The notes under the pieces were generated by a model. It ran no database searches, had not been told where the DNA came from, and saw only the letters and a program-made list of their open reading frames with translations. 32,000 nucleotides of DNA from Phycisphaera mikurensis NBRC 102666 (GTDB lineage Bacteria > Planctomycetota > Phycisphaerae > Phycisphaerales > Phycisphaeraceae), in assembly GCF_000284115.1 (NCBI RefSeq), contig NC_017080.1:780001-812000 (forward strand), written 5' to 3'. Of the stretch, positions 7,906-14,916 are shown in pieces (positions within the stretch are counted from its first letter, which is position 1; each line of letters starts with the position of its first letter). The position numbers and the translations under genes were made by a program.

Positions 7906-9234
7906 ATGCCTGAATCCACCCGCCGCGTGATGCTCATCTCGACGCACGGCTACGTCTCCTCGCAGATCGAGTTCGGCAAGCCCGACACCGGCGGGCAGGT
8001 CGTCTACGTGCTCGAGCTCGCCAAGTGCATGGGCCGCTTCGGCTTCCAGGTCGACCTCTACACCCGCCGCTTCGAGGGGCAGGACGAGATCGAGCAGGTC
8101 GACGAGAACACCCGCATCGTGCGGGTGCCCTGCGGCGGCGACGACTTCATCGGCAAGGAGACGCTCTGCGACTTCATCCCCGAGTGGGTCGAGAACGCGA
8201 AGGCGAAGGTGGAGGAGGTCCAGAAGGCCGAGGGCAAGTACACCTTCGTGAACAGCCACTACTGGGACGCGGGCCTCGCGGGCATGGGCATGGCCCACCA
8301 CCTCAAGATCCCGCACATCTTCACGCCCCACTCCATCGGCGCCTGGAAGCGGAAGAACATGGACGGCGACCCCGAGGAGCTCGAGAAGCAGTACCACTTC
8401 AAGCGGCGGGTGAAGGAAGAGAACGTCATCTTCTCAGACTGCGACTCGATCATCGCGACCACGCCCCAGCAGCGCGACATCCTCCAGGACGTGGAGTACA
8501 AGGTCGCGCCGGCGAAGATCCACGTGATCCCGCCCGGCTACGACGACACCAAGTACTTCCCCATCTCCGAGGCCTCGCGGGCGGCGCTGCGGGCGGACCA
8601 CGGCTTCGACGGGCGGATCGTGATGGCGCTGGGCCGCATCGCCCGCAACAAGGGCTACGACCTGCTCATCAAGGCGATGCCCGAGGTGCTCAAGCGTCAC
8701 CGCGACGCGAAGCTGCTGCTGGCGATCGGCTCGACCGAGCCCAGCAAGGCGGAGATCGAGATGGTCGACGGCTTCAAGGAGCTCGCCAGCGAGCTGGGCA
8801 TCCGCGACCGGGTCGTCTTCGGCGACTACATCCCCGACGAGGAGATGCCGGACTTCTACCGCATGGCCGACGTGTTCTGCCTGTGCTCGCGCTACGAGCC
8901 CTTCGGCATGACCGCCGTGGAGGCGATGGCCTGCGGCACCCCGACGGTCATCACCACCGAGGGCGGCCTGTGGGAGCGCGTGGCGTACGGGCAGCAGGCC
9001 CTCTACGCGAACCCTTTCGACCCCTACGAGTACGGCGCCGCGATCCACAACCTGCTGCAGCACCCGCGGCTGTGGGCGAACACCAGCCGCGACGGCAGCC
9101 ACCTGGCCCGCGCCGAGTTCACCTGGGTGGGCATCGCCCAGCAGGTCATCAACCTGGTGAAGACCAGCGACGTGATGAGCACCCACGACGAGGCGCGGGC
9201 GGAGGCGCAGCGGGAGTTCTCGACGAGTGGATGA
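7906..9234 (+). CDS. GT4 glycosyltransferase of the sucrose-phosphate synthase type (glucosyltransferase-only form); mannosylfructose-phosphate synthase is the alternative
   Basis: GKPDTGGQVVYVLELAK, FTPHSIGAWK, GRIARNKGYDLL and SRYEPFGMTAVEAMACGTP. It is followed by an SPP-like HAD phosphatase. Confidence 0.75.
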   Translation: MPESTRRVMLISTHGYVSSQIEFGKPDTGGQVVYVLELAKCMGRFGFQVDLYTRRFEGQDEIEQVDENTRIVRVPCGGDDFIGKETLCDFIPEWVENAKAKVEEVQKAEGKYTFVNSHYWDAGLAGMGMAHHLKIPHIFTPHSIGAWKRKNMDGDPEELEKQYHFKRRVKEENVIFSDCDSIIATTPQQRDILQDVEYKVAPAKIHVIPPGYDDTKYFPISEASRAALRADHGFDGRIVMALGRIARNKGYDLLIKAMPEVLKRHRDAKLLLAIGSTEPSKAEIEMVDGFKELASELGIRDRVVFGDYIPDEEMPDFYRMADVFCLCSRYEPFGMTAVEAMACGTPTVITTEGGLWERVAYGQQALYANPFDPYEYGAAIHNLLQHPRLWANTSRDGSHLARAEFTWVGIAQQVINLVKTSDVMSTHDEARAEAQREFSTSG

Positions 9235-9395
9235 AGGGGGTCGGGAGAAGCGAAGAAGCGAAGAAGCGAAGAAGTTGGGAAGCGAAGAAGTCAGGCACCG
9301 CGTCGGCTGCGCCGACCGGAGGACACGCACCGCCGAGCGGAGCGATGGCGCGCCTGCCTGACTTCCTCGCTTCCCCGCTTCTCCGCTTCTCCGCT
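9225..9395. repeat. Copy 1 of a ~171-bp long-hairpin element whose arms are built from 8-mer GCGAAGAA units
   Basis: It starts GAGTGGATGAAGGG, overlapping the stop codon of the upstream gene (9232-9234). The left arm (~9243-9297) pairs with the right arm (9355-~9395) over ~40 bp. The core is ~57 nt (9298-9354). Confidence 0.85.
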
Positions 9396-9577
9396 GAGTG
9401 GATGAAGGGTGCCGGGAGAAGCGAAGAAGCGAAGAAGTTGGGAAGCAGAGAAGTCAGGCACCGCGTCGGCTGCGCCGACCGGAGGACACGCACCGCCGAG
9501 CGAAGCGATGGCGCGCCTGCCTGACTTCTTCGCTTCTTCGCTTCTTCGCTTCTCCGCTTCTCCGCTTCTTCGCTCCC
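9396..9577. repeat. Copy 2 of the same hairpin element, in direct tandem with copy 1
   Basis: Near-identical to copy 1 from GAGTGGATGAAGGG through the core. It differs in the number of 8-mer units in each arm and by a few substitutions. Confidence 0.85.
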
Positions 9578-9674
9578 GTCGCCGGTGTAGCTTTTCCGGC
9601 CGGTCCCGTTCCGCTTCCCGCCCCCGCCCCCGCCCCCGCTTGCCCGCCCGGTCGCCGGAGGCGACGCCCCCGCC

Positions 9675-10433
9675 ATGCCCGACGCCCCGCCGTACATCCT
9701 GCTCTCCGACGTCGACGACACGCTGCTGGGCGACGACGCGGCGACGCGACGCTTCGCGGACTTCGTGGAGAGCCGCCGGGACCGGCTCGCCTTCGTGATG
9801 AACTCCAGCCGCTTCGTCGCTTCGCAGCTCCGCTCGCTGGAGGAGACGGCGCTGCCCGGGCCGGACCTGCTGATCGGCGGGATGGGCACGGAGATCGCGC
9901 TGCCCCCGGGCGGCTCGCGGCTGCCCGACGCCCAGGCGCACGCCGACATCTGGCGGGCGAAGCACCTCGCCGGCTGGGACGTGGTGAAGGTCGTCGGCGT
10001 GCTCGACCGCTTCCCCGGCGTCGAGCCGCAGCCCGAGGCGAACCAGAGCGACCTCAAGCAGAGCCGCTACCTGCGCGACGCCTCCGAGGAAGACCTCGCC
10101 GCGCTGCGGGGCGAGCTGGCGGACGTGGGCCAGGACGTCCGCGTGACGTACAGCTCCGCGCGCGACCTGGACGTCACGCCGGCGGGAGCGGACAAGTCGA
10201 CGGCGGTCCGCTTCGTCATGAAGTCCTTCGGCTACGACGACGGCCACGCCGCGGTCGCCGGCGACTCGGGCAACGACCGGGCGATGCTCACCTGCGGCGC
10301 GTGGGGCATCGTCGTCGCGAACCACCGGCCGGAGCTGGCGGACCTCGCCGGGGAGCGGATCCACCGGGCTGCGGCCGGCCACGCGGACGGGGTGATCGAG
10401 GGGCTGAAGCGCTGGTTCCCGGAGCTGGCCTGA
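9675..10433 (+). CDS. HAD-superfamily sucrose-phosphate phosphatase-like protein
   Basis: LLSDVDDTLLG (DxDxT), GMGTEI, LDVTPAGADKSTAV and AGDSGNDRAML...VVANHRPEL. This matches the SPP (HAD IIB) layout. Confidence 0.75.
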   Translation: MPDAPPYILLSDVDDTLLGDDAATRRFADFVESRRDRLAFVMNSSRFVASQLRSLEETALPGPDLLIGGMGTEIALPPGGSRLPDAQAHADIWRAKHLAGWDVVKVVGVLDRFPGVEPQPEANQSDLKQSRYLRDASEEDLAALRGELADVGQDVRVTYSSARDLDVTPAGADKSTAVRFVMKSFGYDDGHAAVAGDSGNDRAMLTCGAWGIVVANHRPELADLAGERIHRAAAGHADGVIEGLKRWFPELA

Positions 10434-10475
10434 GGAGGCGCTGCCTCGCCGCGGGCCGTCCGTAGTCTCCTCCGG

Positions 10476-11771
10476 ATGCCGAGCACCCCCGTGAGCGACC
10501 TGCAGGCCCCGCGCGGAACGCGCGACTTCTACCCCGAGGAGATGGCCCGGCACCGCCGGCTGCTCGACGCGTGGCGGCGCGTGTCCCTCCGCAACGGCTT
10601 CGAGGAGGTCGACGGGCCCATCTTCGAGACGCTCGACCTCTACAAGGTCAAATCCGGCGACGGCATCGTCTCGGAGCTGTTCAGCTTCCGCCGCGACGGC
10701 GGCTCCACCGACTACGCGCTGCGCGCCGAGTTCACGCCGACGCTGGCCCGCATGGTCGCCAAGCGGGCCAACGGCCTGCCCAAGCCGATCAAGTGGTTCG
10801 CCACGCCGAACTTCTGCCGGGCCGAGCGGCCCCAGCGGGGGCGGCTCCGCGAGTTCTGGCAGTGGAACGTCGACTTCCTCGGCGAGGCGGGCCCCTCCGC
10901 CGACGCCGAAGTCGTCTTCGTGCTCGTCGACCTGCTGCGCGAGCTCGGCGTGCGGGAGGGCCAGGTGCAGGTGCGGATCAGCCACCGGGCCGTCGTCGCC
11001 CAGGTGCTGCAGCGGCTGGGCGTGCCGGCAGAGAGGCTGACCGAGGCTTTCGAGCTGCTCGACAGCCGGAGCAAGCTCGAGCCCGGCGTGTTCGCCGAGC
11101 GTGCGGCGGGCCTGGGGCTGGATCCCCCGAAGGTGCAGCGGCTCGACGAGGTCTGCCGCCGCCGCTTCGCGGCGGGCGACCTAGGCCACCTCGCCCGGGC
11201 GCTGGGCATGGACGCCCCGCCGGACGACCTCGTCGGGCTCGACGCGCAGCTGGTCGCCTTCGGCATCGCCGGCTGGTGCGCCTACGACCTGGGCGTCGTC
11301 CGCGGGCTCGCGTACTACACGGGCACGGTGTTCGAGGCCTTCGAGACCGCCGGCGTCGAGCGGGCGCTCGCCGGCGGAGGCCGCTACGACCGGCTGATCG
11401 AGACCTTCGGCGGCCCGGCGATGCCCGCCGTCGGCTTCGGCATGGGCGACGTGGTGCTCGCGAACCTGCTCAGAGACAAGAAGCTCGAGCCCGAGCACGC
11501 GGGCGACGGGCCCGACGTGTTCATCGTCCCGCTGGCCGACGCGGACCCCGCCGCGGTCACCGGCTGGGTCGCACGCCTGCGAAGCGGAGGCCTGCACGCG
11601 CGCACCACGTACAAGCCGACCCGGAACACCGGCAAGCTGCTGAAGGAAGCGACGGGCGCCCGGGCCCGCTTCGCCCTGCTCGTCGGCGTCGATTCGCTCG
11701 AGCTCAAGAACCTGGCCACCGGCGAGCAGCAGGCGATCGCCGACGAGGACGTCGCCTCCCGCCTCCGCTGA
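10476..11771 (+). CDS. hisS: Histidine--tRNA ligase
   Basis: APRGTRDFYPEE, FCRAERPQRGRLREFWQWNVD, GLAYYTGTVFE and GGGRYD. Confidence 0.95.
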   Translation: MPSTPVSDLQAPRGTRDFYPEEMARHRRLLDAWRRVSLRNGFEEVDGPIFETLDLYKVKSGDGIVSELFSFRRDGGSTDYALRAEFTPTLARMVAKRANGLPKPIKWFATPNFCRAERPQRGRLREFWQWNVDFLGEAGPSADAEVVFVLVDLLRELGVREGQVQVRISHRAVVAQVLQRLGVPAERLTEAFELLDSRSKLEPGVFAERAAGLGLDPPKVQRLDEVCRRRFAAGDLGHLARALGMDAPPDDLVGLDAQLVAFGIAGWCAYDLGVVRGLAYYTGTVFEAFETAGVERALAGGGRYDRLIETFGGPAMPAVGFGMGDVVLANLLRDKKLEPEHAGDGPDVFIVPLADADPAAVTGWVARLRSGGLHARTTYKPTRNTGKLLKEATGARARFALLVGVDSLELKNLATGEQQAIADEDVASRLR

Positions 11772-11773
11772 AG

Positions 11774-11819
11774 CCGCGGACCGCGGGCGCAAACGCCGCT
11801 CCCGGCCGACGGTCCGCGG
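11774..11819. repeat. Post-stop GC hairpin of the recurring family (CCGCGGACCG-N26-CGGTCCGCGG)
   Basis: A perfect 10-bp inverted repeat begins 3 nt after the hisS stop. No T-run follows it. Confidence 0.6.
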
Positions 11820-11847
11820 GAGGGGGAGGCGGAGAGAACCTTCCTGG

Positions 11848-12744
11848 ATGCCGATGACCCGCTCCCTCCTCTTCGTCGCCGCCCTGGGTCTGCTCGTCGG
11901 GTGGATCCTCTGGCGGCTGCAGAGCGGCCCGCCGGCTTTCGCTTCCCTGCCGGGGCCGACCCGGAGCGTCGTCTACAAGACGACGCCGCAGGGCGAGCTG
12001 CGGCTGTTCCTCCACGAGCCCGCCGAGCGGGGCATCGGACCCGCCCCGGCGGTGCTGTTCTTCCACGGCGGCGGCTGGCTGAACGGCACGGCGACGCAGT
12101 TCGACGGCCAGGCCGGCCGGCTCGCGGACCGGGGCATCGTGGGGATCCAGGCCGAGTACCGCCTCGCGGACCCGCACGGCGCGACGCCCTTCGCGTCGCT
12201 CGCCGACGCGATCACGGCGATGCGGTACGTCCGCCGCCACGCGGCCGGGCTGGGCGTCGACCCCGGCCGCGTGGCCGCGGGCGGCGGCTCCGCCGGCGGC
12301 CACCTCGCCGCGGCGCTCGCGACGGCGACGGCGGAGGACTTGGACACCGACCCGCCCGCGGACCGCGGCGTCTCGTACCGGCCGGACGCGCTGATCCTCT
12401 TCAATCCGGTCTACGACAACGGCCCCGGCGGCTACGGCCACGAGCGGATCGGCGACCGCTACACCGACTTCTCGCCGCTTCACAACCTCCACGCCGGCAT
12501 GCCGCCGACGCTGGTGATGCTCGGCGACCGCGACGACCTCGTACCCGTCGCCACCGCGGAACGCTTCCGCGACGGCATGCGGGGCCTGGGCGTCCGCAGC
12601 GAGCTCATCGTCTACCCCGGCGAGACCCACGGCTTCTTCAACCCGCACCGCGGCCGCCGCGTCATGTACGAGCGGACGCTCGCGGCGACGGAGGCGTTCC
12701 TCGCGTCGCTGGGCTGGATCGGGCCGCCGCCGGGCTCGCGTTGA
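11848..12744 (+). CDS. Alpha/beta hydrolase (HSL-type esterase/lipase fold) with an N-terminal anchor or signal
   Basis: HGGGW oxyanion motif (VLFFHGGGWLNG), nucleophile elbow GGSAGGH, and hydrophobic N-terminus SLLFVAALGLLVGWILW. Confidence 0.8.
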   Translation: MPMTRSLLFVAALGLLVGWILWRLQSGPPAFASLPGPTRSVVYKTTPQGELRLFLHEPAERGIGPAPAVLFFHGGGWLNGTATQFDGQAGRLADRGIVGIQAEYRLADPHGATPFASLADAITAMRYVRRHAAGLGVDPGRVAAGGGSAGGHLAAALATATAEDLDTDPPADRGVSYRPDALILFNPVYDNGPGGYGHERIGDRYTDFSPLHNLHAGMPPTLVMLGDRDDLVPVATAERFRDGMRGLGVRSELIVYPGETHGFFNPHRGRRVMYERTLAATEAFLASLGWIGPPPGSR

Positions 12745-12770
12745 GGGAAACCGGGGGAGCACCGCGACGC

Positions 12771-12799
12771 TCGACGCGTTCATGATAATCGGTTATCAT
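12771..12799 (+). promoter_or_regulatory. Putative promoter (TCGACG-17 nt-TATCAT) overlapped by the perfect palindrome ATGATAA-TCGG-TTATCAT (12782-12799), a Fur/Zur-box-like operator
   Basis: This is the only strongly AT-rich palindrome I saw in the window. Its TGATAA/TTATCA half-sites match the classic Fur-family half-site. It lies upstream of the first H-X9-DG/PEP-CTERM module. Confidence 0.5.
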
Positions 12800-12805
12800 G
12801 GTGCG

Positions 12806-12922
12806 GTGCCCAAGCCGCCCCCGAGCCACGAAGCCGTTCGATCCGCGAGTCCCGCGGCGCGGGCGGCAGCGGGTGCGCAGCGCCCGGGCCGCGGTGCCGC
12901 GTGCGGCAGGGCCGGCCGGTGA
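12806..12922 (+). pseudogene. 38-codon remnant of a Fur-family regulator paralogue (internal deletion)
   Basis: From GTG 12806 it reads VPKPPPSHEAVRS..., versus the intact regulator VPRSSPHAASVER... from GTG 16065. The preceding 22 nt are 19/22 identical (TCGGTTATCATGGTGCGGTGCC versus TCGCCTATCATGGAGCGGTGCC). Its TGA (12920-12922) overlaps the next ATG, mirroring the TTTGA overlap at 16439-16442. Confidence 0.45.
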
Positions 12923-13152
12923 TGGGCGCCCGCTCCCTCCTCGCTCCGCTGCTGGCGCCCGCGCAGCCGTCCGCCCCCGGCGGCCCGGCCGGGTGGCTGG
13001 CGCACGCTCCCGGCGCGTCCGGGAGCCGCGGCGGCGCGACCCGCCACGCGGCGACCCACGCCGCCGCGGTGTCGCCCGCGGAGGGTGCGTTGCGGAACCC
13101 GGGCACGCGTCTCCGCTCGCCAGGCCGCGGACCGCCCGCCGCGGACGCCTGA
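12922..13152 (+). pseudogene. Decayed paralogue (76 codons) of the small His/Cys-rich membrane protein at 16439..16825
   Basis: Shared segments are GGPAGWLAHA versus GGPAGLLHHRLAHA and the C-terminus GRGPPAADA* versus DRGPPAADV*, with near-identical DNA across the stop. The His tract is eroded, the CxxC is lost (NPG-TRLR versus DPGCTLCH), and prolines interrupt the N-terminal helix. Confidence 0.45.
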
Positions 13153-13192
13153 CCGGCGGCGCGTTGGCGCCCCGCTCTGCCCCGTCCGCGGC
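13138..13192. repeat. Hairpin GCCGCGGACG-N35-CGTCCGCGGC spanning the small-ORF stop
   Basis: Perfect 10-bp inverted repeat at 13138-13147 and 13183-13192. The same stem sequence occurs at the equivalent junction at 16811-16870. Confidence 0.6.
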
Positions 13193-13241
13193 CGCCACCG
13201 GCCGCCGGTCAACACCCGCCCTCGCTCCAAGGAGGTGTGCC

Positions 13242-14021
13242 CTGCGCATCCGCTCCCCGGCTCCCGCTCCGCGCGCCTTCACGCTCATTGAGCTGCTGGT
13301 CGTCGTCTCCATCATCGCCCTGCTCATCGGGCTCCTGCTGCCGGCGCTGGGCAGCGCCCGCCGGACCGCTTCGGCGCTGGCCGACCTCAGCAACCTCAAG
13401 CAGATGGAGATCGCCCACGCCAGCTACGCCGTCGACAACGACAGCCGGCTGATCCAAGCCAACCTCGCGCACGGCGGCGTCGTTCACTACAACCCCGACG
13501 GCTCGCCCGTCGTGCCGTGGATCGACACGCTGCGGACGTACTACGCGGCCGATCTGGTCGTGCGCTCGCCGCTGGACGACAGCCCCCACTGGGGGCCGTT
13601 CCCCGCGGGCGAGCCCATCCCGGGCGCCCCGGCCAACCAGCGGCGCGTGACCAGCTACGGGATCAACACCTTCACCGACCCGGTGCTGGTGCCCTGGGGC
13701 CCGGGCTTCGTCTCGCCCTTCCGCGGGTACACGATGGACACGATCCGCCGACCGGCGTCGGTGGTGCACTTCCTGCCGATGGCCCACGGGGGCACGTTCG
13801 CCGGCGCCGACCACCCCCACGCCGAGGAGTGGCTGGTGCATCCCGTGCCCGCGTTCGCGGCGCAGGGCCAGGCGCAGATCAACGCCGTCAAGGGCGAGCC
13901 GGGCACCCCGGCCGCCGTCGCCAACTGGGGCTTCCTGGACGGCCACGCCGCCGCCACCGGGTTCTCGGAGCTGGTGACCGACCTCCAGCTCAACCGCCTC
14001 GACCCCGACCGCGCCCCCTGA
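13242..14021 (+). CDS. Prepilin-type N-terminal methylation-domain protein, DUF1559/H-X9-DG-like (copy A; the H of the motif is replaced)
   Basis: [30 protein letters not shown]. The C-terminal motif is ...PAAVANWGFLDGHAA, where the DG is kept but P replaces H. RBS AAGGAGG (13229-13235) lies 6 nt before an in-frame CTG at 13242. There is no ATG/GTG/TTG between the RBS and the leader, so the start codon is uncertain. The upstream part of track ORF 12798..14021 is non-coding-like. Confidence 0.8.
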   Translation: MRIRSPAPAPRAFTLIELLVVVSIIALLIGLLLPALGSARRTASALADLSNLKQMEIAHASYAVDNDSRLIQANLAHGGVVHYNPDGSPVVPWIDTLRTYYAADLVVRSPLDDSPHWGPFPAGEPIPGAPANQRRVTSYGINTFTDPVLVPWGPGFVSPFRGYTMDTIRRPASVVHFLPMAHGGTFAGADHPHAEEWLVHPVPAFAAQGQAQINAVKGEPGTPAAVANWGFLDGHAAATGFSELVTDLQLNRLDPDRAP

Positions 14022-14062
14022 GCGCGGCGGACCCCTTCCAAACGCAATCCACAAGGAACGCC

Positions 14063-14830
14063 ATGCAACACACGATCGCCCCCACCCTCCTCCTCGCCGC
14101 CGCCCTGGCTCCCGCGGCCGCCCACGCCGAGCACGCCGACGCGATGCTCCTGGTTGGCCCCGACGGGCGGCTGACCACCGGCCTCTACAGCTTCGACACC
14201 GCGACGGTGCTCGCCACCGACGAGCGCGTCTTCGAGGGCGAGTTCGACGCCTTCGGCATCGTCGCCGAGCCGGGCTTCAACGCGCTGCCGGCCGGGAGCG
14301 CCGGCCTCCCCGCGGGCTTCTCGGCGCTGCCGGGCAACACGCCGGTGACCTTCACCGGCCGCGCCTTCACCCAAGCCGGCGTGACGAGCAACCTCTGGCA
14401 CTGGGACGCCACCGGCCCGGTGGACTTCCAGCCGGTGACGGCTCCGACCTCGCTGGACATCAAGCGCTCGGTCTTCACCACCAACCTCGACGGCGGCTCC
14501 GCCGACGCGGCGGGCTTCCTCATCGACACCACCGGCGCCAGCGGCTCGCTGCACCGGCACGTGAGCTTCCAGGTGAACGACGGCGACGGCGACCCGCTCG
14601 TGCAGTCCGCGGCCGCGGGCTTCTACCTCTGGTCGATGGAGCTGGCCGTCGGATCCGCCCTCACCGCCGAGCCGATCTTCTTCGTCCACGGCCTCGGCGT
14701 CGAGAACGAGGCGCTCCACGAGCAGGCGATTGCCTTCGTCGAGGCCAACGTCGTGCCCGAGCCCACGGCGGCCCTGGGCCTGGCCGCCGCCGGCGTCGTG
14801 CTGCTGTCCCGCCGCCGCGCTGCGGCCTGA
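14063..14830 (+). CDS. PEP-CTERM-anchored secreted protein (A1)
   Basis: ATG 14063 follows AAGGAA. The signal peptide is MQHTIAPTLLLAAALAPAAAHA. The C-terminus VPEPTAALGLAAAGVVLLSRRRAAA shows the PEP motif, a TM segment and an Arg cluster. Confidence 0.85.
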   Translation: MQHTIAPTLLLAAALAPAAAHAEHADAMLLVGPDGRLTTGLYSFDTATVLATDERVFEGEFDAFGIVAEPGFNALPAGSAGLPAGFSALPGNTPVTFTGRAFTQAGVTSNLWHWDATGPVDFQPVTAPTSLDIKRSVFTTNLDGGSADAAGFLIDTTGASGSLHRHVSFQVNDGDGDPLVQSAAAGFYLWSMELAVGSALTAEPIFFVHGLGVENEALHEQAIAFVEANVVPEPTAALGLAAAGVVLLSRRRAAA

Positions 14831-14916
14831 TCGACCCCGACTTCGCGATCGGGCCCGTCGCCCGGTGGCTCCCCCGGCCGCTTCACCGCCGGCCGCCTCT
14901 CCGAAAATAACGAACC

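Noticed and set aside
7315-8397. Upstream 361 codons of the 762-aa ORF 6109..8397(-)
   Set aside because: Only the part from ATG 7314 is TrmD. The remainder runs antisense through rpsP flanks and the SPS gene and has junk composition.
7906-9234. Possible horizontal acquisition of the SPS-like gene, based on slightly lower apparent GC
   Set aside because: Third codon positions are still strongly G/C. The lower overall GC is explained by the Lys/Glu/Ile/Phe/Tyr-rich conserved enzyme sequence. I could not compute a composition test here.
9346-9524. 59-codon ORF (MARLPDFLASPLLRFSAEWMKGAGRSEEAKK...) running from the core of repeat copy 1 to the core of copy 2
   Set aside because: It exists only because the two repeat units abut. 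Its sequence is dictated by the 8-mer arm repeats, and there is no convincing RBS.
9225-9577. Possible CRISPR array, given the cas3 in the window
   Set aside because: There are only two units, each ~171 bp and internally palindromic, directly abutting with no unique spacers. This is not CRISPR architecture.
12798-13241. N-terminal 148 codons of track ORF 12798..14021
   Set aside because: Prepilin-type leaders are short. This stretch is Arg/Pro/Ala-rich, starts inside the palindrome, and is better explained by the decayed regulator and small-ORF remnants read in other frames.
13517-14062. N-terminal part of track ORF 13517..14830 (437 aa)
   Set aside because: It overlaps the H-X9-DG gene out of frame with junk composition. 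The real PEP-CTERM protein starts at ATG 14063 with a signal peptide and an RBS.
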